From IMG/VR virus record IMGVR_UViG_3300023175_000005, positions 124,001-188,000 of that record: a DNA stretch of 64,000 nucleotides. One strand, written 5' to 3'. Position numbers and translations under genes: made by a program. Positions 40,158 to 49,454 of the stretch are shown piece by piece (within the stretch, counting starts at the first letter, position 1; every line of letters begins with the position of its first letter). The notes beneath the pieces were generated by a model. The model worked only from the letters and a program-made list of their open reading frames with translations, was not told the origin of the DNA and did no database searches.

Positions 40158-40416
40158 GACAAAAGGTATTGTTATAGACACTGACGGACATGCATGGCCC
40201 TGTTGCTGGACACTTACTGAGCCAAGCATGTCTCCTTATCTAAAAAGTTTAGATAAAGACTGGAATTCTATTGCAAAAAATGGATTAGATGCTATAATAG
40301 ATAGTGAAGCATTCAGTAAACATTTTAACACTGAAGGTTGGGAAACAGATCCTGATCCTATATGCAAAAAATTTTGTAAAGCGATAAACAATGAATACAA
40401 AACACACAAAGATTAG
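40138..40416 (+). CDS. Stand-alone SPASM/twitch Fe-S domain protein
   Basis: MTKIKC...IDTDGHAWPCCW...NSI...L..I....F......C.KFC. ATG at 40138 overlaps the upstream gene end. Confidence 0.75.
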   Translation: MTKIKCRTKGIVIDTDGHAWPCCWTLTEPSMSPYLKSLDKDWNSIAKNGLDAIIDSEAFSKHFNTEGWETDPDPICKKFCKAINNEYKTHKD

Positions 40417-41815
40417 CGACACATTTTGTTTATTACCTTGGGTGCATCTAAGCACAAGACCAGACGGTAGTATGAGAGTATGCTGCACAGCAAATGCAAG
40501 TTCAGTTGGTGCAACAAATGATAAAGAACACGGGGGCCAAGTAGGCATTCTTAAGGATGATGAAGGACGTCCTAACAATTTAAATGTAAGTGATTTTCAA
40601 AGTGCTTGGAACAGCACATACATGAAGAATGTACGTAAGCAAATGCTTGCTGGTGAAAAGCCACCTAGTTGTTTAAAATGTTTTAAAGAAGAAGCAGCAG
40701 GTCATCGTAGTAAACGTATGTGGGAAACAGACTACTGGAGTCAGCGTGTTGATGTAGATAAGATACTACAAGAAACAAATGAAGACGGCAGTGTGCCACC
40801 TAATCTAGCGTATATTGATTTACGTTTCGGAACAAAATGTCAACTTGCATGTGTAATGTGTTCACCGCATGATAGTTCAGGTTGGATTAAAGATTGGAAG
40901 GCAATTTTTCCTGCTGTTAAAAATGAGTCTCTCAAAGAAATTATGCAATGGGAAAACAAAGGCAGTACAAACGGAAGTAGTTACAACTGGCACAAACAAA
41001 ATCCTGTGTTTTGGGAGCAATTCTATGAACAAATGCCGAGTATGCAGCAGATTTATTTTGCCGGTGGCGAGAGTCTTATTATCGAGGAACACTATGAAAT
41101 ACTTGAACATGCAATTAAAATGGGTTATGCAAAAGATCTTGAACTACGTTATAACTCAAATGGAGTTGAATGGAGAGAAGATTTATTTGATTTATGGCGA
41201 GAATTCAAACTTGTGCGTTTTCACTATTCGATAGATAGTATTAAAGAAATGAATAGTTATATTCGTTATCCAAGCGAATGGAAACGTCAAGAAGAAGTGT
41301 TTCGTATTTTAGATACACAAACTAGTAATAATGTAGAAGTTACTATTGCATGTGCAGTTCAAGCACTTAATGTATATTATCTTCCTGACTTTATTCAATG
41401 GAAACTAGAACAAGGTTTTAAGAAAATAAACATGTGGCCATTTGGCGCAGGTGGCATTAGTCAGCATTTTGTATATTGGCCTGCCCATTTAAATGTAAAA
41501 GTTTTGCCTAAATGGTTTAAAGAAGAATGTAGACGCAAGTACGAATCATGGTATCCTTGGTGGGAAGAAAACTGGGAACTTGGTATTCCTAGATGGCACA
41601 AAGGTAAAGTTACGTATGAACAATTCCGTAGTGCAGAATACGGAATTAAACGTCTTAATGGTATTTTAAGTTTTATGGAAAGTGAAGACTGGAGTAGACG
41701 CTTACCAGAAATGAAAGAATTTTTAGATTTGTGCGATCGCCAACGTGGCATAACATTTGCAGAAACTTTTCCTGAAATGAAAGATATATTCGATGTTTCA
41801 TTTGAAACACAGTGA
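40391..41815 (+). CDS. Radical SAM protein with N-terminal twitch domain
   Basis: FCLLPWVH.....DG..RVCC...WNS......R.QML.GE.P..C.KCF.EE; CQLACVMC; AGGE. Confidence 0.88.
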   Translation: MNTKHTKISDTFCLLPWVHLSTRPDGSMRVCCTANASSVGATNDKEHGGQVGILKDDEGRPNNLNVSDFQSAWNSTYMKNVRKQMLAGEKPPSCLKCFKEEAAGHRSKRMWETDYWSQRVDVDKILQETNEDGSVPPNLAYIDLRFGTKCQLACVMCSPHDSSGWIKDWKAIFPAVKNESLKEIMQWENKGSTNGSSYNWHKQNPVFWEQFYEQMPSMQQIYFAGGESLIIEEHYEILEHAIKMGYAKDLELRYNSNGVEWREDLFDLWREFKLVRFHYSIDSIKEMNSYIRYPSEWKRQEEVFRILDTQTSNNVEVTIACAVQALNVYYLPDFIQWKLEQGFKKINMWPFGAGGISQHFVYWPAHLNVKVLPKWFKEECRRKYESWYPWWEENWELGIPRWHKGKVTYEQFRSAEYGIKRLNGILSFMESEDWSRRLPEMKEFLDLCDRQRGITFAETFPEMKDIFDVSFETQ

Positions 41816-42809
41816 TATATTCACGTTACAAATAGAATTTACATCTTATTGTAATGCTAGTTGTGGTAGTTGTGATCGCAACATCGATGGCGGCAAAATA
41901 AATCCTAGACTTAAACTAAAACACTTTCCGGTAAGAGCTTGGCACAGTTTATGTAAGTCTAATTTGTCAACTGTTAAAGAAATAGTGTTTAATGGATCAG
42001 TAGGTGATTTTCAAATGCATCCTAGTGCATTAGAAATGATTAATTATCTTGCCGAAACTAATCCACACTTATATGTTGTTATTCATACAAACGGTAGTGC
42101 AAGAAATAAAGAATGGTGGTATTCTTTAGGTAAAACATTACAAAAGTTTAAAGCACATGACTTAATTTTCAGTATTGATGGATTGGAAGATACTAATCAT
42201 ATTTACAGACGAGGAGTAAACTGGCACAAAGTTATAGAAAACGCTACTTCTTTTATCGAGTCTGGTGCTAATGCTGTATGGAGAACGATTGTTTTTGATT
42301 ACAATTTGCATCAAATAGAAGAAATAAGTAATACAGCAAAAAAACTTGGTTTTGTAGGCTTTCAAGTTAACAGATCTTGTGTAAAAGAAATTGATATGGT
42401 TGAATATAAGAGTTATACTGCAACTAAAATCAAAGGTATCGATTTTCAAACTGTAAAAGAATTACAAAAATTCAACTACAAAACTGTGTCAGTAGATATA
42501 GGAGATCAACCTACTTTTAAAACTGTATGTCCTTGGATGAAAAGAGGTGAAATACAAATAAGCGAAACTGGTCATGTATGGCCGTGTTGTTATAGTTTAA
42601 AATCTATGACATACGAAAATGAACAATACAATGATTTAAAAGAATTTATACATGCACCAGATTTATACGGACAAAATTTTAATAGTTTAAATAGTTTTAC
42701 ATTACAAGAAATATTAGAGCATACTTTTTTCAAAGACACTTTGCCAAAAAAAATTACTAATAACGAAATAGGCGAATGTAATAAATGTTCAGAAAGGGAA
42801 TTTTTTTGA
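41793..42809 (+). CDS. Radical SAM protein with C-terminal SPASM/twitch domain
   Basis: CNASCGSC, HTNG and FSIDG. C-terminal C......I...GHVWPCC...C.KC. Confidence 0.85.
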   Translation: MFHLKHSDIFTLQIEFTSYCNASCGSCDRNIDGGKINPRLKLKHFPVRAWHSLCKSNLSTVKEIVFNGSVGDFQMHPSALEMINYLAETNPHLYVVIHTNGSARNKEWWYSLGKTLQKFKAHDLIFSIDGLEDTNHIYRRGVNWHKVIENATSFIESGANAVWRTIVFDYNLHQIEEISNTAKKLGFVGFQVNRSCVKEIDMVEYKSYTATKIKGIDFQTVKELQKFNYKTVSVDIGDQPTFKTVCPWMKRGEIQISETGHVWPCCYSLKSMTYENEQYNDLKEFIHAPDLYGQNFNSLNSFTLQEILEHTFFKDTLPKKITNNEIGECNKCSEREFF

Positions 42810-43993
42810 GTAAGAACAGTTGTGTATTACCATGGAAGCATATGGCATTAGGTGCTGAGAACGGGAAGCCTACTGTTTTGCCGTGTTGCAGATTTAAGGC
42901 ATTTGGAGAAAGTGAATTTAAAGAATATAAGTTTTTACCACCAGAGGAAGCAGTTAATCACCCAGAATACTTTCAAAAAATTAGAGATAAAATGAAAGCA
43001 GGTGAAAAATTGCCTGAATGTGTTAAATGTTGGGAAGAAGAAAAACTTGGCGGTCGCAATATGCGTATGCACTTTAACCAACTTTACGGCTATATAGAAG
43101 ATAAATTTGAACTAGATTACTTAGAAGTGTTTTTAAGTAATCATTGTAATCTTGCATGTAGAATGTGTAATGTAGATGAAAGCACAACGTGGGCAAGATT
43201 ATATAATGCTGCATGGAAAGATGCTCCTAGAACAGACAGCATGATGCATCATGTACCAGATCATTATTATAATCAAGGTGCCAAGGTTAAACCAGAAGTA
43301 AACACAGTACGTGACTTTGATTTAACAAAATTTAACAAACCAACAATGATTAAAATACTCGGAGGCGAACCCTTTATGTCTCCTGAACATTCGCCTTTTT
43401 TACAAGACCTAGCAAAATACGATGATTTATCCGATGTATCTATAGTCTATCATACAAATGCAACTAAATTTCCTACAAAGGAAGATATTGAAGTTTGGAA
43501 AAAATGTAAAAGTGTTGAATTATGCTTTTCGATTGATGGCTATGGTTATGGTAATGATTACAATCGTACACTAAGCAATTGGAATGAAATTGAAGAAAAT
43601 GTAAAAAAGTATTTAGATTTAGATGCTAATTTAATTTTTAGTGTTCATAGTTGTTTAAGTGTATTTTCTATTTGGAGTTTTAACGAATTATCTAAATGGG
43701 TACAAAGTATTATACACAAAGACAAGCATTCTATAGATTGTATAAGATGGCCGGAATATACTTCTATTGGTACAATGCCAGAAGAGTATAAGCAACACCT
43801 AATAGATAAAATGGAAACTTGGGATAACGTCCAGCCCTTTCATAAACGTGCAATAATGCAAGGACTTAAAGGTGGCGAGACAGATTTAGAGTTATGGAAC
43901 GAACTTCTAGAACGGTCAGCGGAAATGGATGCCGTAACAGGATTAGACTATAAGAAGGTTTTACCTATTGACAATAAAGGAAATTTATGTTAG
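42806..43993 (+). CDS. Radical SAM protein with N-terminal twitch domain
   Basis: CVLPW.H...PCC...C.KCW.EE; CNLACRMC; GGEPF. TTG 42806 follows AAGGGA. Confidence 0.85.
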   Translation: MSKNSCVLPWKHMALGAENGKPTVLPCCRFKAFGESEFKEYKFLPPEEAVNHPEYFQKIRDKMKAGEKLPECVKCWEEEKLGGRNMRMHFNQLYGYIEDKFELDYLEVFLSNHCNLACRMCNVDESTTWARLYNAAWKDAPRTDSMMHHVPDHYYNQGAKVKPEVNTVRDFDLTKFNKPTMIKILGGEPFMSPEHSPFLQDLAKYDDLSDVSIVYHTNATKFPTKEDIEVWKKCKSVELCFSIDGYGYGNDYNRTLSNWNEIEENVKKYLDLDANLIFSVHSCLSVFSIWSFNELSKWVQSIIHKDKHSIDCIRWPEYTSIGTMPEEYKQHLIDKMETWDNVQPFHKRAIMQGLKGGETDLELWNELLERSAEMDAVTGLDYKKVLPIDNKGNLC

Positions 43994-43996
43994 TAT
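43968..43996 (+). promoter_or_regulatory. Sigma70-type promoter TTGACA-17 bp-TAGTAT with extended -10 TG
   Basis: -35 at 43968-43973, TGn at 43988-43990 and -10 at 43991-43996. Followed by GGAG RBS and TTG 44020. Confidence 0.6.
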
Positions 43997-44019
43997 AGTA
44001 CTAATAATGGAGAACTATA

Positions 44020-45066
44020 TTGGCAACTTTTACCGAATTTCAAAAACTTACTGATATCATTGTAGGCGGCACTTATAACGCTGAAGATTTTAATGATGTT
44101 CCTGACTCAAATGCAAGAGATTTACTAAAACGTGTAAATGAAGAAACTGCTGAAGACTTAGAATCTTTAGTAAAAATACTTGAAGATTTAGATGTTACAG
44201 TACACCGTCCTAATAATCTAATGCAATATAGTTGGGATAAAGCAACTGTACAAACGCCATGGTTTGGTAGTCATTTTCCTAACCATCCACTTATGCCAAG
44301 AGATGTGTTAGGTGTGTTTGGCAACACTATTGTAGAGCACTATACAGCAAGCGGTGGTAGATTTTTTGAGAATCTTGCATATACTGACATTAGTAGACAA
44401 TTCTATAATAATGGTTATAGATGGTTAAGTATGCCTATGGCAAAACTTACAAGCAAAGCACCTCCATATAATGAAAACGATCAAATTATGTTTCATGCTG
44501 CAAACATTATTAAGTGTGGTAAAGATTTGTTTCATTCTCAAAGTGGTAATAAAGATCTTAAAAAAGGCAAAGGTACCGATGTTGGATTAGACTGGCTGAA
44601 AAAAGAACTAGGCGATGAGTTTAGATGGAACGAAGTTGCTGTCGGCGGACACTGTGACGGCAAGATTGCACTATTAAAGCCGGGTGTACTAATGACATGG
44701 AATAAAAAATGGATACCAGAAAAATTACAAAACTGGGATATTATTGAAGTGTCTAGCGAAACAGAACTTCCAGACGAATTTGATAAAATGCGTAAGCAAC
44801 GTTTTTACAAAGACTTTATTGATGAATATTTTAGTCATTGGACAGGTTACGTAGATGAAACAGTTTTTGATGTAAATGTGTTAAGTGTGTCTGAAGATTA
44901 TGTTATTTGCACTGGCACAAACAAAGAAGCATTTGCAAGAATGGAAAAACAAGGTATTACACCTATCTACTGGAACTTTAGACACCAGTATTTTTGGGAT
45001 GGCGGTGTGCATTGTGTAACACAAGACTTAGCAAGACAAGGTTCTCAGGAGGACTACTTTGCTTAG
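44020..45066 (+). CDS. Second amidinotransferase-family (pentein fold) protein
   Basis: TEF..L..IIVG, V.VHRP, MPRD, R.FE, FHAAN, GHCDG, FDVN.L and GGVHCVTQDL.R. Confidence 0.85.
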   Translation: MATFTEFQKLTDIIVGGTYNAEDFNDVPDSNARDLLKRVNEETAEDLESLVKILEDLDVTVHRPNNLMQYSWDKATVQTPWFGSHFPNHPLMPRDVLGVFGNTIVEHYTASGGRFFENLAYTDISRQFYNNGYRWLSMPMAKLTSKAPPYNENDQIMFHAANIIKCGKDLFHSQSGNKDLKKGKGTDVGLDWLKKELGDEFRWNEVAVGGHCDGKIALLKPGVLMTWNKKWIPEKLQNWDIIEVSSETELPDEFDKMRKQRFYKDFIDEYFSHWTGYVDETVFDVNVLSVSEDYVICTGTNKEAFARMEKQGITPIYWNFRHQYFWDGGVHCVTQDLARQGSQEDYFA

Positions 45067-46279
45067 TAACTATAACTGCATTGCGCCGTTTAAATGCGTT
45101 GCTATTGATTATGATGGCAATGTAAAGCCTGATGCAATTTATAAAGTTCCACTAGGTAATTTGAACAATAATTCTTTAGTGGAAATATGGAATGACAATC
45201 CTTGGACACAACTAAGGAAAGATCATTCACAGTTTCAACAAAACAAAGGCTGTGAAAAGTGTTATAAAAAAGAAGAACTAAGTGGACACAGTCGTAGATT
45301 GTTTTTTGAAACACTATTTGTTGACCGAGCAACTTGTTACAATAATAAACCTATAGTAACAGATATTAACACACCTAGTTTTTTAATGCTTGATGTTATT
45401 CCTAGTAACAAGTGCAATTTAAAATGTATACATTGTAGCGGTGCAGTTAGTACAGCATGGGTTGCAGATGAAAAAAAATTATTAAAAAACAAAACAGGTT
45501 ATTGGAGAAACAGCGATTACGGACATTTTGTATTAGATGATTCTGTTATAGACAACGTTTTTGCTGATACTAGTGTATTTGAAGATTTGTGTTATGTTGC
45601 TATACGTGGCGGTGAACCAATGTATGAGCCTAAAAATAGAGCAATTTTACAAAAGTTAATTGACTTGGGACTTAACAAACAAGTTACTATTGATATAAGC
45701 ACAAATGCTACAGTAGATGATGAGCAATTGTTTGATCATTTACGACAGTTTAAAAGTCTTATATTTTATATTAGTATAGAAGGTACAGGAGAACTGTATA
45801 ATTATACAAGAGGCGGCAATAATTATGATATATCTGTTGTTGAGAACATGATCGAAAAACTAAAAACATTTGATAACCTTGAAGAAGTGTGTATAACATT
45901 TACAACAATGGCTGCAAATGTATTTGCAATTAGAGATGCATGGAATTTTGTTCAAAAGTATAAAGATTTTTGTAGTTTTAGTTTTTCAAATACAGTTGTT
46001 AATCCTGCTTATCTTAGTTTAGATGTGTTAAGTGCAGAAATGAAAGAACAAGCAGCATCTATGATTGAAGACATAGACGATAAAATAAAATGGCCAGGCC
46101 AAGATAATTATTATTCTGTAGGTATAAGCAAATTGGCACAACAACTTAAAAAACCAGAACATGCAGAACAACAAAAATTGTGGAAATATTTCAAAGAATA
46201 CATTGTTGATTTAGATAAAATAAGAAATACAGACTTTATTAGTGCTGCTCCGCAATTTAAGGAGTATTGGAATGAGTAA
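45059..46279 (+). CDS. Radical SAM protein with divergent N-terminal twitch domain
   Basis: CNLKCIHC and GGEP. N-terminal CIAPF...DG.VKPD...GNL....L.EIWN...CEKC. Confidence 0.85.
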   Translation: MLSNYNCIAPFKCVAIDYDGNVKPDAIYKVPLGNLNNNSLVEIWNDNPWTQLRKDHSQFQQNKGCEKCYKKEELSGHSRRLFFETLFVDRATCYNNKPIVTDINTPSFLMLDVIPSNKCNLKCIHCSGAVSTAWVADEKKLLKNKTGYWRNSDYGHFVLDDSVIDNVFADTSVFEDLCYVAIRGGEPMYEPKNRAILQKLIDLGLNKQVTIDISTNATVDDEQLFDHLRQFKSLIFYISIEGTGELYNYTRGGNNYDISVVENMIEKLKTFDNLEEVCITFTTMAANVFAIRDAWNFVQKYKDFCSFSFSNTVVNPAYLSLDVLSAEMKEQAASMIEDIDDKIKWPGQDNYYSVGISKLAQQLKKPEHAEQQKLWKYFKEYIVDLDKIRNTDFISAAPQFKEYWNE

Positions 46280-47198
46280 ACAATGGGAATCACTATATAA
46301 AAAGTATTTAGGCACAACAGGAAATAGTGCTAAGATACATGAGTGTCCTAAATTCTTATCACGACATGTGAAAGAGCATGGCTGGTTTAATAGAGATTTT
46401 AATGTTCAAGACGAATATTTAGATTTTTATCCTAAATGGATTGAATCATCTGTAAGTACAAAGGTCAAAGGATTAGAAACTTTACCTAATCGTTATGTAA
46501 GTCTTGGTGTAACACAAACACTAGATTGGTTTCATTTAGAATGTGCAAGAAATGGTTGGCGTATGCGCTTGCTTCGTGGCGAATATCCTTATAACAGAGA
46601 TGTGTTCGACTTTGATTGGGATACTTATATTGATGATGCACCATTAGAGCGTGGAGATGCTGTAATTATTAGTGTGCCATTTAGTGGATCTGGCAGTGTG
46701 CATCCAATGTACGAAGAGATTATGGAAACTTGTACAAAACTTGATATTCCTGTAATGGTTGATTGTGCTTGGTTTGGTACATGTTACGATTTAGAATGGA
46801 GTGTAGACTATGATTGTGTTAAGGTAGTTGCATTTAGTACAACAAAAGGTTTGCAAACAGGTAATTTCCGTAGCGGTATATGTTTTAGTAAATGGACACA
46901 TGGCTCTCTTGCTGTACAAACTGAATGGCATCACGGAATACATGCAAATACATATGCAGGACTAATGCTAATGAAGGAATTTTCACCAGATTTGGCTGCA
47001 AATATATACAAAGAACACCAAAAACAAGTTTGCGAAAAATTTGGACTTATAGCTACTAATACAGTGCATGTTGCATTAGGAAATGAAGAATGGAATTACT
47101 TTCATAGAGATAAAGCATATAACAGAATTAACATTAGATTGCCTTTATTAGATGCAAGACAAGGAAAATTAGAAGATGAAATACATAGAATGCTGTGA
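46272..47198 (+). CDS. PLP-dependent enzyme, fold type I (aminotransferase-like)
   Basis: G.TQ..D, GEY.Y, S.PFS..G, VDCAWF (PLP Asp) and FSTTK (PLP Lys)...R.G. Confidence 0.7.
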   Translation: MSKQWESLYKKYLGTTGNSAKIHECPKFLSRHVKEHGWFNRDFNVQDEYLDFYPKWIESSVSTKVKGLETLPNRYVSLGVTQTLDWFHLECARNGWRMRLLRGEYPYNRDVFDFDWDTYIDDAPLERGDAVIISVPFSGSGSVHPMYEEIMETCTKLDIPVMVDCAWFGTCYDLEWSVDYDCVKVVAFSTTKGLQTGNFRSGICFSKWTHGSLAVQTEWHHGIHANTYAGLMLMKEFSPDLAANIYKEHQKQVCEKFGLIATNTVHVALGNEEWNYFHRDKAYNRINIRLPLLDARQGKLEDEIHRML

Positions 47199-47949
47199 AT
47201 ATTATAAAAATAATATAATACACAATTTTAGTCCTGCAAAAAAGATTGATAATTTTTTTACAGCAGAAGAAATAGAAATTCTGAGACTTTATCAATTTCA
47301 AAATGCAAGAACAGTAAAGTTTCAAGCATCTAGTAGTAATATTCAGCCATTAGCAAGTATTCCTATGCTATTTAGAAATGAAAAATGGTTAAGACACAAG
47401 TTTTTAGATATTTTTGGAGACTTTAGTGGTAATCATTCAGGTAACTATTTTATTTCTAATCAGCCGCACGATGCACACCTTGATTTGATTACTGAGGAAG
47501 AAGGCGCCCCTGAAGATCCATATTTTGATAATGTTATACCTTTTAAGAGTGTAATTATTCCTTTGTTTTTGACAAAAGGAGCACGAGCACATACTGCTTT
47601 TATGAATCAACGCAGAATCGGTTATAGTGTTATTTTAGACAGAGACGCAGAAAAAAGCCAAGATACAGCAATGTATGAAATATCAAGAAATTATAATAAT
47701 TTTATTGATATAAATGGCGAGTCTATGAACCCGGAAAAAGATTATGGTGAATGGGATCCAAATAAATATCCACATATAAGTGAAAATAGTTTTCGTGGAT
47801 TAAGTCATGAAACTATATTAGAACAGGATGTAGGCAGTATTTTAGTTTTTGATGCATGTCAAGTACATGCAAGTATTGTAATAGATAAAGAGCCTTGGTT
47901 AAAAAATGCAATTAACGTACAATTTTACAAAAGTTATAACGAAGACTGA
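47176..47949 (+). CDS. Fe(II)/2OG dioxygenase-like (cupin fold) protein
   Basis: PH.AH.D...KSVIIPL...G...VFD....H.S pattern. Confidence 0.5.
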   Translation: MKYIECCEYYKNNIIHNFSPAKKIDNFFTAEEIEILRLYQFQNARTVKFQASSSNIQPLASIPMLFRNEKWLRHKFLDIFGDFSGNHSGNYFISNQPHDAHLDLITEEEGAPEDPYFDNVIPFKSVIIPLFLTKGARAHTAFMNQRRIGYSVILDRDAEKSQDTAMYEISRNYNNFIDINGESMNPEKDYGEWDPNKYPHISENSFRGLSHETILEQDVGSILVFDACQVHASIVIDKEPWLKNAINVQFYKSYNED

Positions 47950-48388
47950 TTTTGACAGTTTTCAAAAAGAGTTTTTAGATTGGGTAGAAGAAAAAATAGA
48001 AAAGATTCGACCTGAAAATGGTTTTCCTATTTGTCCTTTTGCACGACGGGCTCGATTAGACAACAAAATACAATTAATAGACGGTAGAGAAAACTACCAA
48101 CATGACATATACCAATTTGACAGACGCAACTATGATATAGGTGTTGTTTGGCTAGGACCTAATGCAAATCTTTTAGAAGCAGAAAAATTTGTAAACAGAT
48201 TAAAGGGTAGAGAATTACTTTATTTTTTAAGTACACCTACTTCTGGGTATTTTGCTAAAAATCCATGTAATTGTATTTTTATACAAGACAAAGGAGATAT
48301 TCAAGTTAAGCGTAAATATCTTGCGTCAACAGAATATTACAGAGATTGGCCAGAACAATACTTCTTTGAGATAATGAATAATGTCTGA
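47906..48388 (+). CDS. Hypothetical protein with CPFA motif (DUF1415-like)
   Basis: W......P......ICPFA..AR and C-terminal Q......R..L....YY..W. Start uncertain. Confidence 0.45.
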   Translation: MQLTYNFTKVITKTDFDSFQKEFLDWVEEKIEKIRPENGFPICPFARRARLDNKIQLIDGRENYQHDIYQFDRRNYDIGVVWLGPNANLLEAEKFVNRLKGRELLYFLSTPTSGYFAKNPCNCIFIQDKGDIQVKRKYLASTEYYRDWPEQYFFEIMNNV

Positions 48389-49454
48389 TACTTATTGCCC
48401 GTTGCCGTGGACTATGTTAACAAGCACTACCAATGGGTCTTATAGACCTTGTTGTGAATTTGTTTCTCAAGGTAACAAAAAACAAGTCTTGTGGAATCAA
48501 GATATTGAATTATACGAAGAATATATTGAACCTATAAAACAACAACTGTTAAATAACCAAAAACCTTTAGAATGTAAACGTTGTTGGGATAGAGAAGAGC
48601 GTGGATTAGAAAGCCAACGAACACGGCACTTGCATGAAAAAGGTCAAACGTACAATTCAATTGATTTAAAATTAGGTAATAAATGTAATTTAGGATGTAG
48701 ACATTGCGAAGCAAATAGTAGTAGTGTACTACAATCAGAAATAAACAGAAATCCTAACGAAGATTGGACAGAAACACAAGTGTCTGATGCACGTATTAAC
48801 TTTAGTGGAGACAATTGGGTAGATGCTGCACTAGATAAAATTACAAAAATGGAAGGAATAAAACAACTAAAGTTTACAGGCGGTGAACCTTTATATATTC
48901 CTAAAGTAAAAGATTTAATAAAAAATCATCCTAATAAAAAAGACATTAGTATTGATATTGTAACAAATGGTTTACTTTTTACTGAAGAAATGGCCAACGA
49001 TTTAGATGCCTGGAAAAGTGTGTTAGTTAATGTAAGTGTGGATGCAATTAAAGATCATTACAGTTATGTTCGTTGGCCTGGTAAATGGGAAGATTTGGAA
49101 CCTAAATTAGATTTACTTGCAACAAAAAAACATTGGAGAATTAATATTTGCATATCGGTTAGTGCATGGAATATTTGGCACTTACCTGAGACAATATTAT
49201 ATTTTAAAAAGAAAGGGTTTACCTATGATTTAAATTTTGTTGATGACCCTATTTGGCAGCATCCTTGGATATATCCTGAAAATTTAAGGAATCACATTAT
49301 AAACAAATTTGAGAATTATAATAATCGATTATTAGACGATTTAGCATCAGTTGTAAGTTTTATAAAACCATATGATGAAAAGTTATACAAAGAATTTTTA
49401 AAACAAAAAGAAATAAAAGACAGATTAAGGAAACAAACTTTTGAATTTGGATAG
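48381..49454 (+). CDS. Radical SAM protein with N-terminal twitch domain
   Basis: YCPLPW......G.YRPCC...C.RCW..E..G..S.R; CNLGCRHC; TGGEP. Confidence 0.87.
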   Translation: MSDTYCPLPWTMLTSTTNGSYRPCCEFVSQGNKKQVLWNQDIELYEEYIEPIKQQLLNNQKPLECKRCWDREERGLESQRTRHLHEKGQTYNSIDLKLGNKCNLGCRHCEANSSSVLQSEINRNPNEDWTETQVSDARINFSGDNWVDAALDKITKMEGIKQLKFTGGEPLYIPKVKDLIKNHPNKKDISIDIVTNGLLFTEEMANDLDAWKSVLVNVSVDAIKDHYSYVRWPGKWEDLEPKLDLLATKKHWRINICISVSAWNIWHLPETILYFKKKGFTYDLNFVDDPIWQHPWIYPENLRNHIINKFENYNNRLLDDLASVVSFIKPYDEKLYKEFLKQKEIKDRLRKQTFEFG

